NCBI GenBank assembly: GCA_964016885.1
Contig: OZ024746.1
Location: 101,308,001-101,372,000, forward strand
DNA: 64,000 nucleotides
DNA from: Eledone cirrhosa
Lineage: Eukaryota
Direction: 5' to 3'
Positions 37,701 to 50,099 of the stretch are shown here, piece by piece. The notes under the pieces are model-generated. The model was not told the DNA's origin. It ran no database searches and saw only the letters and a program-made list of their open reading frames with translations. A program made the translations under genes and the position numbers. Position 1 is the first letter of the stretch, and each line of letters begins with the position of its first letter.

Positions 37701-40528
37701 CTTATCTCAGCTTCTAACACTAGAGATGTATTACAGTGAACTGAGGTAACACCCCTTATCACAGCTTCTAACACTAGAGATGTATTACAGTGGACTGGGG
37801 TAACACCCCTTATCTCAGCTTCTAACACTGGAGATGTATTACAGTGGACTGGGGTAACACTCCTTATCTCAGCTTCTAACACTAGAGATGTATTACAGTG
37901 AACTGAGGTAACACCCCTTATCTCAGCTTCTAACACTAGAGATGTATTACAGTGGACTGGGGTAACACCCCTTATCTCAGCTTCTAACACTAGAGATGTA
38001 TTACAGTGAACTGAGGTAACACCCCTTATCACAGCTTCTAACACTAGAGATGTATTACAGTGGACTGGGGTAACACCCCTTATCTCAGCTTCTAACATTG
38101 GAGATGTATTACAGTGAACTGAGGTAACACCCCTTATCACAGCTTCTAGCACTGGAGATGTATTACAGTGAACTGAGGTAACACTCCTTATCACAGCTTC
38201 TAACACTGGAGATGTATTACAGTGGACTGGGGTAACACCCCTTATCTCAGCTTCTAACACTAGAGATGTATTACAGTGAACTGAGGTAACACCCCTTATC
38301 TCAGCTTCTAACACTAGAGATGTATTACAGTGAACTGAGATAACACCCCTTATCACAGCTTCTAACACTAGAGATGTATTACAGTGAACTGGGGTAACAC
38401 CCCTTATCTCAGCTTCTAACACTAGAGATGTATTACAGTGAACTGAGATAACACCCCTTATCACAGCTTCTAACACTAGAGATGTATTACAGTGGACTGG
38501 GGTAACACCCCTTATCTCAGCTTCTAACACTAGAGATGTATTACAGTGAACTGAGGTAACACCCCTTATCTCAGCTTCTAACACTAGAGATGTATTACAG
38601 TGGACTGGGGTAGCACCCCTTATCTCAGCTTCTAACACTAGAGATGTATTACAGTGAACTGAGATAACACCCCTTATCTCAGCTTCTAACACTAGAGATG
38701 TATTACAGTGAACTGAGGTAACACCCCTTATCTCAGCTTCTAACACTGGAGATGTATTACAGTGAACTGAGGTAACACCCCTTATCTCAGCTTCTAACAC
38801 TAGAGATGTATTACAGTGAACTGAGGTAACACCCCTTATCTCAGCTTCTAACACTGGAGATGTATTACAGTGAACTGAGGTAACACCCCTTATCTCAGCT
38901 TCTAACACTGGAGATGTATTACAGTGAACTGAGATAACACCCCTTATCTCAGCTTCTAACACTAGAGATGTATTACAGTGAACTGAGGTAACACCCCTTA
39001 TCTCAGCTTCTAACACTGGAGATGTATTACAGTGAACTGAGGTAACACCCCTTATCTCAGCTTCTAACACTGGAGATGTATTACAGTGAACTGAGGTAAC
39101 ACCCCTTATCTCAGCTTCTAACACTAGAGATGTATTACAGTGAACTGAGATAACACCCCTTATCACAGCTTCTAACACTAGAGATGTATTACAGTGGACT
39201 GGGGTAACACCCCTTATCTCAGCTTCTAACACTAGAGATGTATTACAGTGAACTGAGGTAACACCCCTTATCTCAGCTTCTAACACTAGAGATGTATTAC
39301 AGTGGACTGGGGTAGCACCCCTTATCTCAGCTTCTAACACTAGAGATGTATTACAGTGAACTGAGATAACACCCCTTATCTCAGCTTCTGACACTAGAGA
39401 TGTATTACAGTGAACTGAGGTAACACCCCTTATCTCAGCTTCTAACACTGGAGATGTATTACAGTGAACTGAGGTAACACCCCTTATCTCAGCTTCTAAC
39501 ACTAGAGATGTATTACAGTGAACTGAGGTAACACCTCTTATCTCAGCTTCTAACACTAGAGATGTATTACAGTGAACTGAGGTAACACCCCTTATCACAG
39601 CTTCTAACACTAGAGATGTATTACAGTGGACTGGGGTAACACCCCTTATCTCAGCTTCTAACACTGGAGATGTATTACAGTGGACTGGGGTAACACTCCT
39701 TATCTCAGCTTCTAACACTAGAGATGTATTACAGTGAACTGGGGTAGCACCCCTTATCTCAGCTTCTAACACTAGAGATGTATTACAGTGAACTGAGGTA
39801 ACACTCCTTATCTCAGCTTCTAACACTGGAGATGTATTACAGTGAACTGAGGTAACACCCCTTATCTCAGCTTCTAACACTAGAGATGTATTACAGTGAA
39901 CTGAGGTAACACTCCTTATCTCAGCTTCTAACACTGGAGATGTATTACAGTGAACTGAGGTAACACCCCTTATCTCAGCTTCTAACACTGGAGATGTATT
40001 ACAGTGAACTGAGATAACACCCCTTATCACAGCTTCTAACACTGGAGATGTATTACAGTGAACTGAGGTAACACTCCTTATCTCAGCTTCTAACACTAGA
40101 GATGTATTACAGTGAACTGAGGTAACACCCCTTATCACAGCTTCTAACACTAGAGATGTATTACAGTGAACTGAGGTAACACCCCTTATCTCAGCTTCTA
40201 ACACTGGAGATGTATTACAGTGAACTGAGGTAACACCCCTTATCTCAGCTTCTAACACTAGAGATGTATTACAGTGAACTGAGGTAACACCCCTTATCTC
40301 AGCTTCTAACACTGGAGATGTATTACAGTGAACTGAGGTAACACTCCTTATATCAGCTTCTAACACTTGAGATGTATTACAGTGAACTGAGGTAACACCC
40401 CTTATCTCAGCTTCTAACACTGGAGATGTATTACAGTGAACTGAGGTAACACTCCTTATCTCAGCTTCTAACACTAGAGATGTATTACAGTGAACTGAGG
40501 TAACACCCCTTATCTCAGCTTCTAACAC
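31785..40528 (+). repeat. 54-bp satellite, ~160 units, with a 3.2-3.3-kb higher-order duplication
   Basis: Unit CTTCTAACACTAGAGATGTATTACAGTGAACTGAGGTAACACCCCTTATCTCAG. Confidence 0.98.
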
Positions 40529-41077
40529 AGTTCACTGTAATACATCTCTAGCGTTAGAAGCTGAGATAAGGAGTGTTACCTCAGTTCACTGTAATACATC
40601 TCCAGTGTTAGAAGCTGAGATAAGGAGTGTTACCTCAGTTCACTGTAATACATCTCCAGTGTTAGAAGCTGAGATAAGGAGTGTTACCTCAGTTCACTGT
40701 AATACATCTCCAGTGTTAGAAGCTGAGATAATGGGTGCTACCCCAGTTCACTGTAATACATCTCTAGTGTTAGAAGCTGAGATAAGGGGTGTTACCTCAG
40801 TTCTCTGGTAGTGAACAGCTAACACTGTAATACATCTCCAGTGTTAGAAGCTGAGATAAGGGGTGTTACCCCAGTTCACTGGTAGTGAACAGCTAACACT
40901 GTAATACATCTCCAGTGTTAGAAGCTGAGATAAGGGGTGTTACCTCAGTTCTCTGGTAGTGAACAGCTAACACTGTAATACATCTCCAGTGTTAGAAGCT
41001 GAGATAAGGGGTGTTACCTCAGTTCTCTGGTAGTGAACAGCTAACACTGTAATACATCTCCAGTGTTAGAAGCTGAG
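40528..41077 (-). repeat. Inverted block of the same satellite (54- and 73-bp units)
   Basis: Strand switch at ...TCTAACA|CAGTTCACTG... Confidence 0.95.
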
Positions 41078-41202
41078 CAAAGAAACAATAATAATAATAA
41101 TCTGTTAAGTTTCAATGCAAAACTATTGTTTATGATATGGTGTATAGAAGTCTGATAATTATATAAACATTTAACTTCCTGAAAATACAGGACAAGGAAG
41201 CG

Positions 41203-41373
41203 AAACGGTGCTAGAGAGTTACCAAACGGTGCTAGAGAGTTACCAAACGGTGCTAGAGAGTTACCAAACGGTGCTAGAGAGTTACCAAATGGTACTAGAG
41301 AGTTACCAAACGGTGCTAGAGAGTTACCAAATGGTACTAGAGAGTTACCAAATGGTACTACAGAGTTACCAAA
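41203..41373. repeat. 21-bp minisatellite x8
   Basis: Unit AAACGGTGCTAGAGAGTTACC. Confidence 0.95.
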
Positions 41374-41457
41374 CTAAAAATAAATGAATAGATTGAATGA
41401 ATGAAGACAAAAAGGTACTTAAAGAGAATTATAGACACACAAATGTGTATGAGTCTA

Positions 41458-41508
<51 letters not shown>

Positions 41509-41607
41509 TCTGGAAGGTTGGCTAGATTAAAAACACCTTCAGATGCAATCAGACAAGATGTTTATATCAACAATTTTGTAATTTTCCAAATCATAATCCC
41601 ACACACA

Positions 41608-42965
41608 TACACTGACAGTGTAAACATGTGTGTGTGTGATACACTGACAGTGTAAACACGTGTGTGTGTGTGGTACACTGACAGTGTAAACACGCGTGTG
41701 TGTGTGTGTGATACACTGACAGTGTAAACATGTGTGTGTGTGTGATACACTGACAGTGTAAACACGTGTGTGTGATACACTGGCAGTGTAAACACGTGTG
41801 TGTGTGTGTGTGTGTGTGTCATACACTGACAGTGTAAACATGTGTGTGTGTGTGATACACTGACAGTGTAAACACGTGTGTGTGTGATACACTGACAGTG
41901 TAAACATGTGTGTGTGTGTGATACACTGACAGTGTAAACACGTGTGTGTGTGTGTGATACACTGACAGTGTAAACACGTGTGTGTGTGTGATACACTTAC
42001 AGTGTAAACACGTGTGTGTGTGTGATACACTGACAGTGTAAACATGTGTGTGTGTGATACACTGACAGTGTAAACATGTGTGTGTGTGTGTGATACACTG
42101 ACAGTGTAAACACGTGTGTGTGTGTGATACACTGCCAGTGTAAACATGTGTGTGTGTGTGATACACTGACAGTGTAAACACGTGTGTCTGTGTGGTACAC
42201 TGACAGTGTAAACACGTGTGTGTGGTACACTGACAGTGTAAACACGTGTGTCTGTGTGATACACTGACAGTGTAAACACGTGTGTGTGATACACTGACAG
42301 TGTAAACACGTGTGTGTGTGATACACTGACAGTGTAAACACGTGTGTGTGATACACTGACAGTGTAAACACATGTGTGTGTGTGATACACTGACAGTGTA
42401 AACACGTGTGTGTGTGTGATACACTGGCAGTGTAAACATGTGTGTGTGTGATACACTGACAGTGTAAACACGTGTGTGTGTGTGTGTGGTACACTGACAG
42501 TGTAAACACGTGTGTGTGTGTGATACACTGACAGTGTAAACACGTGTGTGTGTGTGTGTGTGTGATACACTGACAGTGTAAACACGTGTGTGTGATACAC
42601 TGACAGTGTAAACACGTGTGTGTTGTGATACACTGACAGTGTAAACACGTGTGTGTGTGTGATACACTAAAAGTGTAAACATGTGTGTGTGATACACTGA
42701 CAGTGTAAACATGTGTGTGTGATACACTGACAGTGTAAACATGTGTGTGTGTGTGTGATACACTGACAGTGTAAACACGTGTGTGTGTGTGATACACTGA
42801 CAGTGTAAACATGTGTGTGTGTGTGTGATACACTGACAGTGTAAACACGTGTGTGTGTGTGTGTGTGTGTGATACACTGACAGTCTAAACACGTGTGTGT
42901 GTGTGTGTGATACAGTGGCAGTGTAAAGCCGTGTGTGTGTGTGTGTGATACACTGACAGTCTAAA

Positions 42966-42997
<32 letters not shown>

Positions 42998-44138
42998 ATA
43001 CACTGACAGTGTAAACACGTGTGTGTGTTTGATACACTGGCAGTGTAAACACGTGTGTGTGTGTGTGTGTGATACAGTGGCAGTGTAAACACGTGTGTGT
43101 TTGTGTGTGTGTGATACACTGACAGTGTAAACACGTGTGTGTGTGTGATACACTGACAGTGTAAACACGTGTGTGTGTGTGTGTGTTTGATACACTGACA
43201 GTGTAAACACGTGTGTGTGTGTGATACACTGACAGTGTAAGCATGTGTGTGTGATACACTGACAGTGTAAACACGTGTGTGTGTGATACACTGGCAGTGT
43301 AAACATGTGTGTGTGTGTGTGATACACTGACAGTGTAAACATGTGTGTGTGTGTGTGATACACTGACAGTGTAAACATGTGTGTGTGTGTGTGATACACT
43401 GACAGTGCAAACGCGTGTGTGTGTGTGTGATACGCTGACAGTGTAAACATGTGTGTGTGTGATACAATGACAGTGTAAACATGTGTGTGTGTGTGATACA
43501 CTGACAGTGTAAACATGTGTGTGTGTGTGTGTGTGTGATACACTGCCAGTGTAAACATGTGTGTGTGTGATACACTGACAGTGTAAACATGTGTGATACA
43601 CTGACAGTGTAAACACGTGTGTGTGTGTGTGTGTGTGTGATACACTGGCAGTGTAAACATGTGTGTGTGTGTGTGTGTGTGATACACTGACAGTGCAAAC
43701 AAGTGTGTGTGTGTGTGATACACTGACAGTGTAATCATGCGTGTGTGTGTGATACACTGACAGTGTAAACACGTGTGTGTGTGATACACTGACAGTGTAA
43801 ACACGTGTGTGTGTGTGTGTGATACACTGACAGTGTAAACATGTGTGTGTGTGATAGTGTAAACACGTGTATGTGTGTGATACACTGACAGTGTAAACAC
43901 GTGTGTGTGATACACTGACAGTGTAAACACGTGTGTTTGTGTGATACACTGACAGTGTAAACATGTGTGATACACTGACAGTGTAAACATGTGTGTGTGT
44001 GTGTGTGTGTGTGATACACTGACAGTGTAAACAAGTGTGTGTGTGATACATTGACAGTGTAAACATGTGTGTGTGTGATACACTGACAGTGTAAACATGT
44101 GTGTGTGTGATACACTGACAGTGTAAACATGTGTGTGT
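41608..44138. repeat. Array of constant palindromic GATACACTGACAGTGTAAAC units separated by variable-length (GT)n
   Basis: Roughly 70-80 units; TACACTG-A-CAGTGTA palindrome. Confidence 0.95.
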
Positions 44139-44192
44139 CTCAAGAAAAAAAGACCTACCAACTAATATCAACAAACCTACATTTGTGTGTGT

Positions 44193-44622
44193 CATCATCA
44201 TCATCATCATCACCGTTTTACGTCCGTTCTTCCACGCTAGCATGGGTTAGACAGGTTGTCCTGTTGTGGGCAGTGTCTGGTCGGCTGAGCATGCCTTGCT
44301 CATACAGGAACTGATCTGGCTTGATTTCTACAGCTGGATGCCCTTCCTAACACCAACCTCATTTACAGTGAGTGCTGGGTGCTTTTTCGTGGCGCCTACA
44401 CGTCCACTTTACAGTGTGGGCTGGGTGCTTTTTTGCCGTGGCACCTCCACGACTACCTTGCAGTGGGGTGTGTGGGGGCATATTGTTTATATGCTTCAGC
44501 TTGTACCCATGGGAGGTCGGGTACTCTGTATTACTGCGTGACGCCAGAGGTCACGGTCGTGTGTCATTGCCTTTGAGAGGTGTAATTGGGTAAGGTCGGC
44601 TTTTAGCACCTCATCCCAGGTG
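44193..44622 (-). mobile_element. RTE LINE 3' end with long 3' UTR
   Basis: TWDEVLKADL..DRDLWRHAV* then GGAAGGGCATCC body and (GAT)n tail. Confidence 0.85.
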
Positions 44623-44662
44623 TATATATATATATATATATATATACACATACATACATACA

Positions 44663-44825
44663 TGTGGTTGGTGTTAGGAAGGGCATCCAACTGTAGAAAA
44701 CCTGCCAGACAGTCCTATGCGAGCAAGACAATCACTCTTGACTCAAGTGGGAAAACCCCCGTCCAAACCCATGCAAGCGTGGAACACGGACGTTAAACGT
44801 TGATGATGATGATGATGATGATGAT
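44663..44825 (+). mobile_element. RTE-tailed repeat, truncated
   Basis: GGTGTTAGGAAGGGCATCC...GGACGTTAAACG(TGA)n. Confidence 0.8.
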
Positions 44826-44869
44826 ATATCCCTTCCATATACTATACCGATTGTGTTGTTTCTGTGTAC

Positions 44870-45382
44870 CTTTTACATATATATATATGTGTGTGTATAT
44901 ATGTATGTATGTATGTGTGTATGTGTGTATGTATGTCTGTGTATGTATGTATGTATGTATGTGTTTGTATGTATGTGTGTATGTATGTATGTATGTGTAT
45001 ATGTATGTATGTATGTGTGTGTATGTATGTATGTATGTGTGTGTATGTATGTATGTATGTATGTGTGTGTATGTGTGTGTATGTATGTATGTGTGTGTAT
45101 GTATGTATGTGTGTGTGTGTATGTATGTATGTGTGTGTATGTATGTACGTATGTATGTGTGTGTATGCATGTATGTATGTGTGTATGTATGTATGTATGT
45201 GTGTATGTATGTGTGTGTATGTATGTATGTGTATGTATGTATGTATGCATGCATGTATGTATGTATGTATGTATGTATGTGTGTGTATGTATGTGTGTGT
45301 ATGTGTGTGTATGTATGTGTATGTATCTATGTATGTGTATGTATGTATGTATGTATGAATGTATGTATGTATGTATGTATGT
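44870..45382. repeat. (TATG)/(TG) compound microsatellite
   Basis: Direct reading. Confidence 0.95.
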
Positions 45383-45384
45383 GA

Positions 45385-45580
45385 ACTATGATCTCCATGG
45401 TATTGTGAAGGTTGACAGGCAACCTGATGCAAGACCTGAGGCCAGGGAGATCCATAGTTGTCATCAATGTAAGAAGGAGTGCAAGTCTCTAGCAGGCTTG
45501 AAAAGCCATATCCAAGCATCACACATCTGAATCTGACAAGTGACTGCAAAACTCGCAGCAGAGTTTACAGCCATCATGTA
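45385..45580 (+). mobile_element. RTE-type 3' fragment with C2H2 zinc finger
   Basis: CHQCKKECKSLAGLKSHIQASH* followed by CAGCCATC tail. Confidence 0.55.
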
Positions 45581-45714
45581 TATATATATATATAATGTCA
45601 GTAGGCACCTCTAACAATAATACAACCCCGTCCCACTACTCCCACCCCATCCACACCACCCCTTCCAATGTTATGTTATGTTGGTACCACAACATCCAGT
45701 CAGAAACAAATAAG

Positions 45715-45952
45715 GTCGTGTAGGTGTCACGACAAAAAACACACAGTCCATGCTGTAATGTGGCCGTGTAGGTAACACGGTAAAAACCTCCCAGTCCACA
45801 CTGTAAACGTGGTTGGTGTTAGGAAGGGCATCCAGCCGTAGAAAACCCGCCAGACAGTCCTATACGAGCAAGACAACCAATCTTGCCTCAAGTGGGAAAA
45901 TTCCCGTCTAACCCATGCTAGCGTGGAAGATGGACGTTAAACGATGATGATG
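45715..45952 (+). mobile_element. RTE-tailed repeat
   Basis: Same family as 44663-44825 and 6849-7060. Confidence 0.8.
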
Positions 45953-46051
45953 TGTGTTCATGCGTGCATGTGTATGTATGTATGTGTGTGTGTGTATGCA
46001 TGTGTGTGTATGTATGTCTGTGTGTATACATATATGTACATATGTATGTAT

Positions 46052-46380
46052 GCTGGACACCCGATCGCACAGTTAAACCACTAGGAGTGAAGGACCCCTA
46101 GCCTTTGTCAGGGCATTCTTCTAGGAGAAGGAAACTGGGATAACTCCGATATAAAACCTGCGGCTCAGTAGTTACCGATGATGTTGATCTTTTCTTCTTT
46201 TCGGGTTATAGCTACTGTCGCTCAGAGAGTGGGATTGGCTCAGTGCACAGTCTTTCCTAACTTTAAAAAATATCTTCACGCACAGGCATTGCACGATAGA
46301 ATTAATTAATAATTATTAATAATGGTATATCGTGCAATGGCCATACTCGATAACGAGGGGGCAGCCATTATGTATGTATG
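46052..46380 (+). mobile_element. Non-autonomous RTE derivative (5' UTR segment fused to 3' tail), 5'-truncated
   Basis: Near-identical to 49085-49415; GGCATTCTTCTAGGAGAAGG motif; GGCAGCCAT(TATG)n tail. Confidence 0.7.
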
Positions 46381-46399
46381 TTTCTCTTTCTTTTAATTT

Positions 46400-48133
46400 A
46401 GAGTACATTTTTGACCAGCCACCTTCCTGATGGCAAGGTTGTAAAAGAAAAGAAATTATCATCCCTTGAATTGCGAGAATGTTTTGCAAATTTTGAAGGA
46501 GCCAGCTATCGTAGCCATTTGTAGTCTATGAATTAGGGATCTGTGCTCTTTGTCCACAAATCCAAGTTCAGTTATACTTTGGTCCAAGCGGGTTGGTATA
46601 TAACTTGCAGCTCCAATAATGATGGGTATGAAGCTGAAGGTGTATCTTAGATACTGGATCTGCAAACTCCTCATCAATGGTCCGTAGACATCCTCCCCCT
46701 CCTGTATTTTTCTTACAACGTTAAAATTAAGTGGGCAGCTGATCTCTACAACAGAGCACGTTTTCAATGTGTGGTCCCAAACAGCAATATCAGGCTGGTT
46801 GTGCTTTAATTTGGTGGCAGGTTTTATTTTCAGGTTCCACCAGTATTCTTTACTGCCAGTAATCTCAACATATTCCTCCTCATTTGTTTTTAATTTTGTT
46901 TTCCTAACTGCGTTCCAGATGGTTCTAGCTATCACATCGTGTCTCATAGGAAGGTAGTAACGAGACAACATTCTTTCGCAGTTAACAACAATGTGGCTAA
47001 CTGATGGCCCTCCACTTTTGTGTAGCAGATATTTGATAGGGATTTCTTGTTCCTGTATTGCATAGAGATATCCTTCAAGGTGGGATGTCATAAACTTGTC
47101 GGAATTCCATGCCAGGCTTTTTGAATTATTTATCCCCTCCATGGTCTGTTTCTCATCTCAGGTACCCATGCACAATTTTCTCTGTGAATTGATCCATTTT
47201 TTTAATCTTGTTCGAACATAGAATAGGATCTTCCAATTTCCCTGGGAGAGAGATTTATATCGGGCCTTATTCCATATCTCTCTTCCAGATCAGTGGCTAG
47301 CCTAATGATATTATTTCCTTCATGCTCATAAACCTGGGCAAGATGGTTGCTGACCTTTTTATTCTGCTGAAGATGTTGCTTCAGTGTTACTATTCGGGTC
47401 TCGTATGATGTTACTATGGATTTTAGACCCTGGCCACCTTCCTTGCGTGAGAATTATAGCCTATCCACATCACCATTAATGTTAAAGTTTACAGTAACAC
47501 TGAGAAACTTGCGAGTTCTTACATCCATCCTACTTTGTTCTTGCAATGACGAATTCAACAGGCCAAATGTTGGTGTTAGGATTGACACAGCATAAGCAAT
47601 GTATTTGTTGTATGCTGAGAGTTCTGATGACCATATTTTCTTTACTCTCCTGAGGTATTCAGTTCTGGTTCTCTCCTTATTTATGGGTCCATCATATCTG
47701 ACATTCTCATCCTGTCCAAGATATCTGTAGTTTCACCTGACTGTAGAGATTGTATTGTCAAGCCGTTCATCTTTATATTTCCAGAGGAGAGCACAACCCT
47801 TCCATGTTTTACTGTCAAATATGTACATTTAGACTCACCAAATTTCATTCTGATGTCTGCAGAAAATTGTTTAATGAAGTCCAATTTTTTTTTAATATAG
47901 TTGATATTTGGCTCATACAACTTCAGGTCATCAACAAAGAAAAGATGGGAGATATTTCTGGACCCACTTCCATGACCACTTTATTTTGTGAGCAGGTATG
48001 ATAGTGGGTTTAGTGAGAGGACGAAGAGCAGCACTGATAAGCTATCACCCTGAAAGATGCCTTTCTGGTAGTGTATTGTATCAATCTTAATTTGCTCCTT
48101 CTCACCCTAAGGATCAAATTGGTGAACCAGCTC
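46400..48133 (-). mobile_element. Decayed R4/Dong/NeSL-like RLE retrotransposon (RT plus endonuclease)
   Basis: GIFQGDSLS, FVDDL, AIQEQ, RHD, HNQPDI, VEISCP, PIIIGA. Confidence 0.85.
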
Positions 48134-48156
48134 TATGTGTATATGTATATATGTAT

Positions 48157-48650
48157 GTGGAGAAAGTCCATAAAGGGCAGTTGCAAAACTTTTGAGGAAT
48201 GACGTCTAGAACATAAACAACTAAAGTGTCAGCTCCGGAAGGGCTGTGCTCACAGTTTTGAAGAAGACATCAGTAGTTGGACATGCAATTGCTGTTAACG
48301 TGTACTCCTCTCAAAGACTGGTTATGTTAGTCACCTGAAGTTACATGAAAGGTTAACCATCCACAACACCACTCAACAAAGACCTGGTGAAACAATGTAA
48401 TATGCAACAAAGTGTGTAGAACTAGTTCTGGACTAAAAAGACACATGGTGGTACATAGAGATTGTGTCCCACAGGGTGACCCTACTGGTCCTGTGGAAAG
48501 CATAACTCTCTTCTGTCACCTGTGTCGTAAACCATGCAGATCTACAGCTGGCCTAGAAAGTCATCTACAAAGTCATGGACACTGATGGGATGACAATGAA
48601 GAATCAATAAGAGATGGTAATTGTCTGTGAAGGCGCTGCAATCCTGTGTA
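48157..48650 (+). mobile_element. RTE LINE 3' fragment with three C2H2-type zinc fingers
   Basis: WRKSIK..FEE; CNCC*RVLLSKTGYVSHLKLH; ICNKVCRTSSGLKRHMVVH; CHLCRKPCRSTAGLESHLQSH*. Confidence 0.7.
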
Positions 48651-48653
48651 TGT

Positions 48654-48724
<71 letters not shown>

Positions 48725-48727
48725 GTT

Positions 48728-48968
48728 GGGTGACTCTTGAGTGCTACTGTAACATGTAACCCAGTACATCTTATCGCATGGTCGGGTTGTCGGTGACTAA
48801 ACCGGCAACCCCACCAAGTTTACTTGATGAGGAGGGTGATTTTGGACACCCTGCAGGACAAAAAACAGAACCTGACAAAGGGTGGAAGAACTCATAAGAG
48901 TCAACAGCCATCCAAAAATGTGTAAATATGTATATACACATGTACATATGTATGTGTATGTATGTATA

Positions 48969-49033
<65 letters not shown>

Positions 49034-49415
49034 GTATATATATATGCATGTGTGCATATGTTCAGAGACATAGAAATAGTTGGGTTGGACACCCGATCGC
49101 GCAGTTAAACCACTGGGAGTGAAGGACCCCTAGCCTTAGTCAGGGCATTCTTCTAGGAGAAGGCAACTCAGGAAACTGGGATAACTCCGACATAAAATCT
49201 GCAGCTCAGTAGTTACCGATGATGTTGATCTTTTCTTCTTTTCGGGTTATAGCTACTGTCGCTCAGAGAGTGGGATTGGCTCAGTGCACAGTCTTTCTTC
49301 ACTTTAAAAAAAATCTTCACGCACAGGCATTGCACAATAGAATTAATTAATAATTATTTATAATGGTATATCGTACAATGGCCATAATTGATAACGAGGA
49401 GGCAACCATCATATG
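48728..49415 (+). mobile_element. Complete bipartite non-autonomous RTE derivative
   Basis: Structured 5' RNA homologous to 20303-20483, (TA)n, 5' UTR motif, RTE-type 3' tail; no ORF. Confidence 0.65.
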
Positions 49416-50099
49416 TATGTGTGTATGTATGTGTGTATGTATATATGTGTGTATGTATGTATATATGTGTGTATGAATGTGTGTATGTATGTGTGTGTGT
49501 ATGTATGTATGTATGTGTGTATGTATGTGTGTGTGTATGTATGTGTGTATGTGTGTATATATGTGTGTATGTGACAAGCTAAAAACACTCACAGAAAATG
49601 ACTCATGGTACAATCAATGAAGAAACGTTGGAACCACCGACTTCTACCCTTACTTTTGTGACAAACCTCGTATACATTGCTCCCCGCCCCCAAATATATA
49701 CATACTTCAATTAGAATGCTTTCAAAGTGTGTATACATTTTTTGGGACACCCTGTATATATAATACGCATATATGGAAATCTATGTGAAGATAACTGCAT
49801 TAGTATGTCGTGATAAATGTACATTGTATACCCTGCATCTTATGGTCCCACATTCTACGGAGTGCATTTTATCATGGCACCAGTACACAAGAGGTTCTCA
49901 TATCTTTCACACAACTGAACATCCTCCTGACCCTTTATTTGGCAAGTTTCCAATGGCTGGATACCGTTCCTATCACTAACCACTTTACAGAGTGTACTGG
50001 GTGTATTAATCATGTCACCAGCACTTAGGGAGGTTGTCATGTCCTTGACACAACCAATACATAATATATCTATATATTTATATATATATACACATAATA

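Noticed and set aside
41608-44138. CRISPR array
   Set aside because: Spacers are only (GT)n, no cas genes, eukaryotic context
49735-49756. Tc1/mariner-like TIR end (TTTTGGGACACCCTG-TA)
   Set aside because: No partner TIR found, so no element can be delimited
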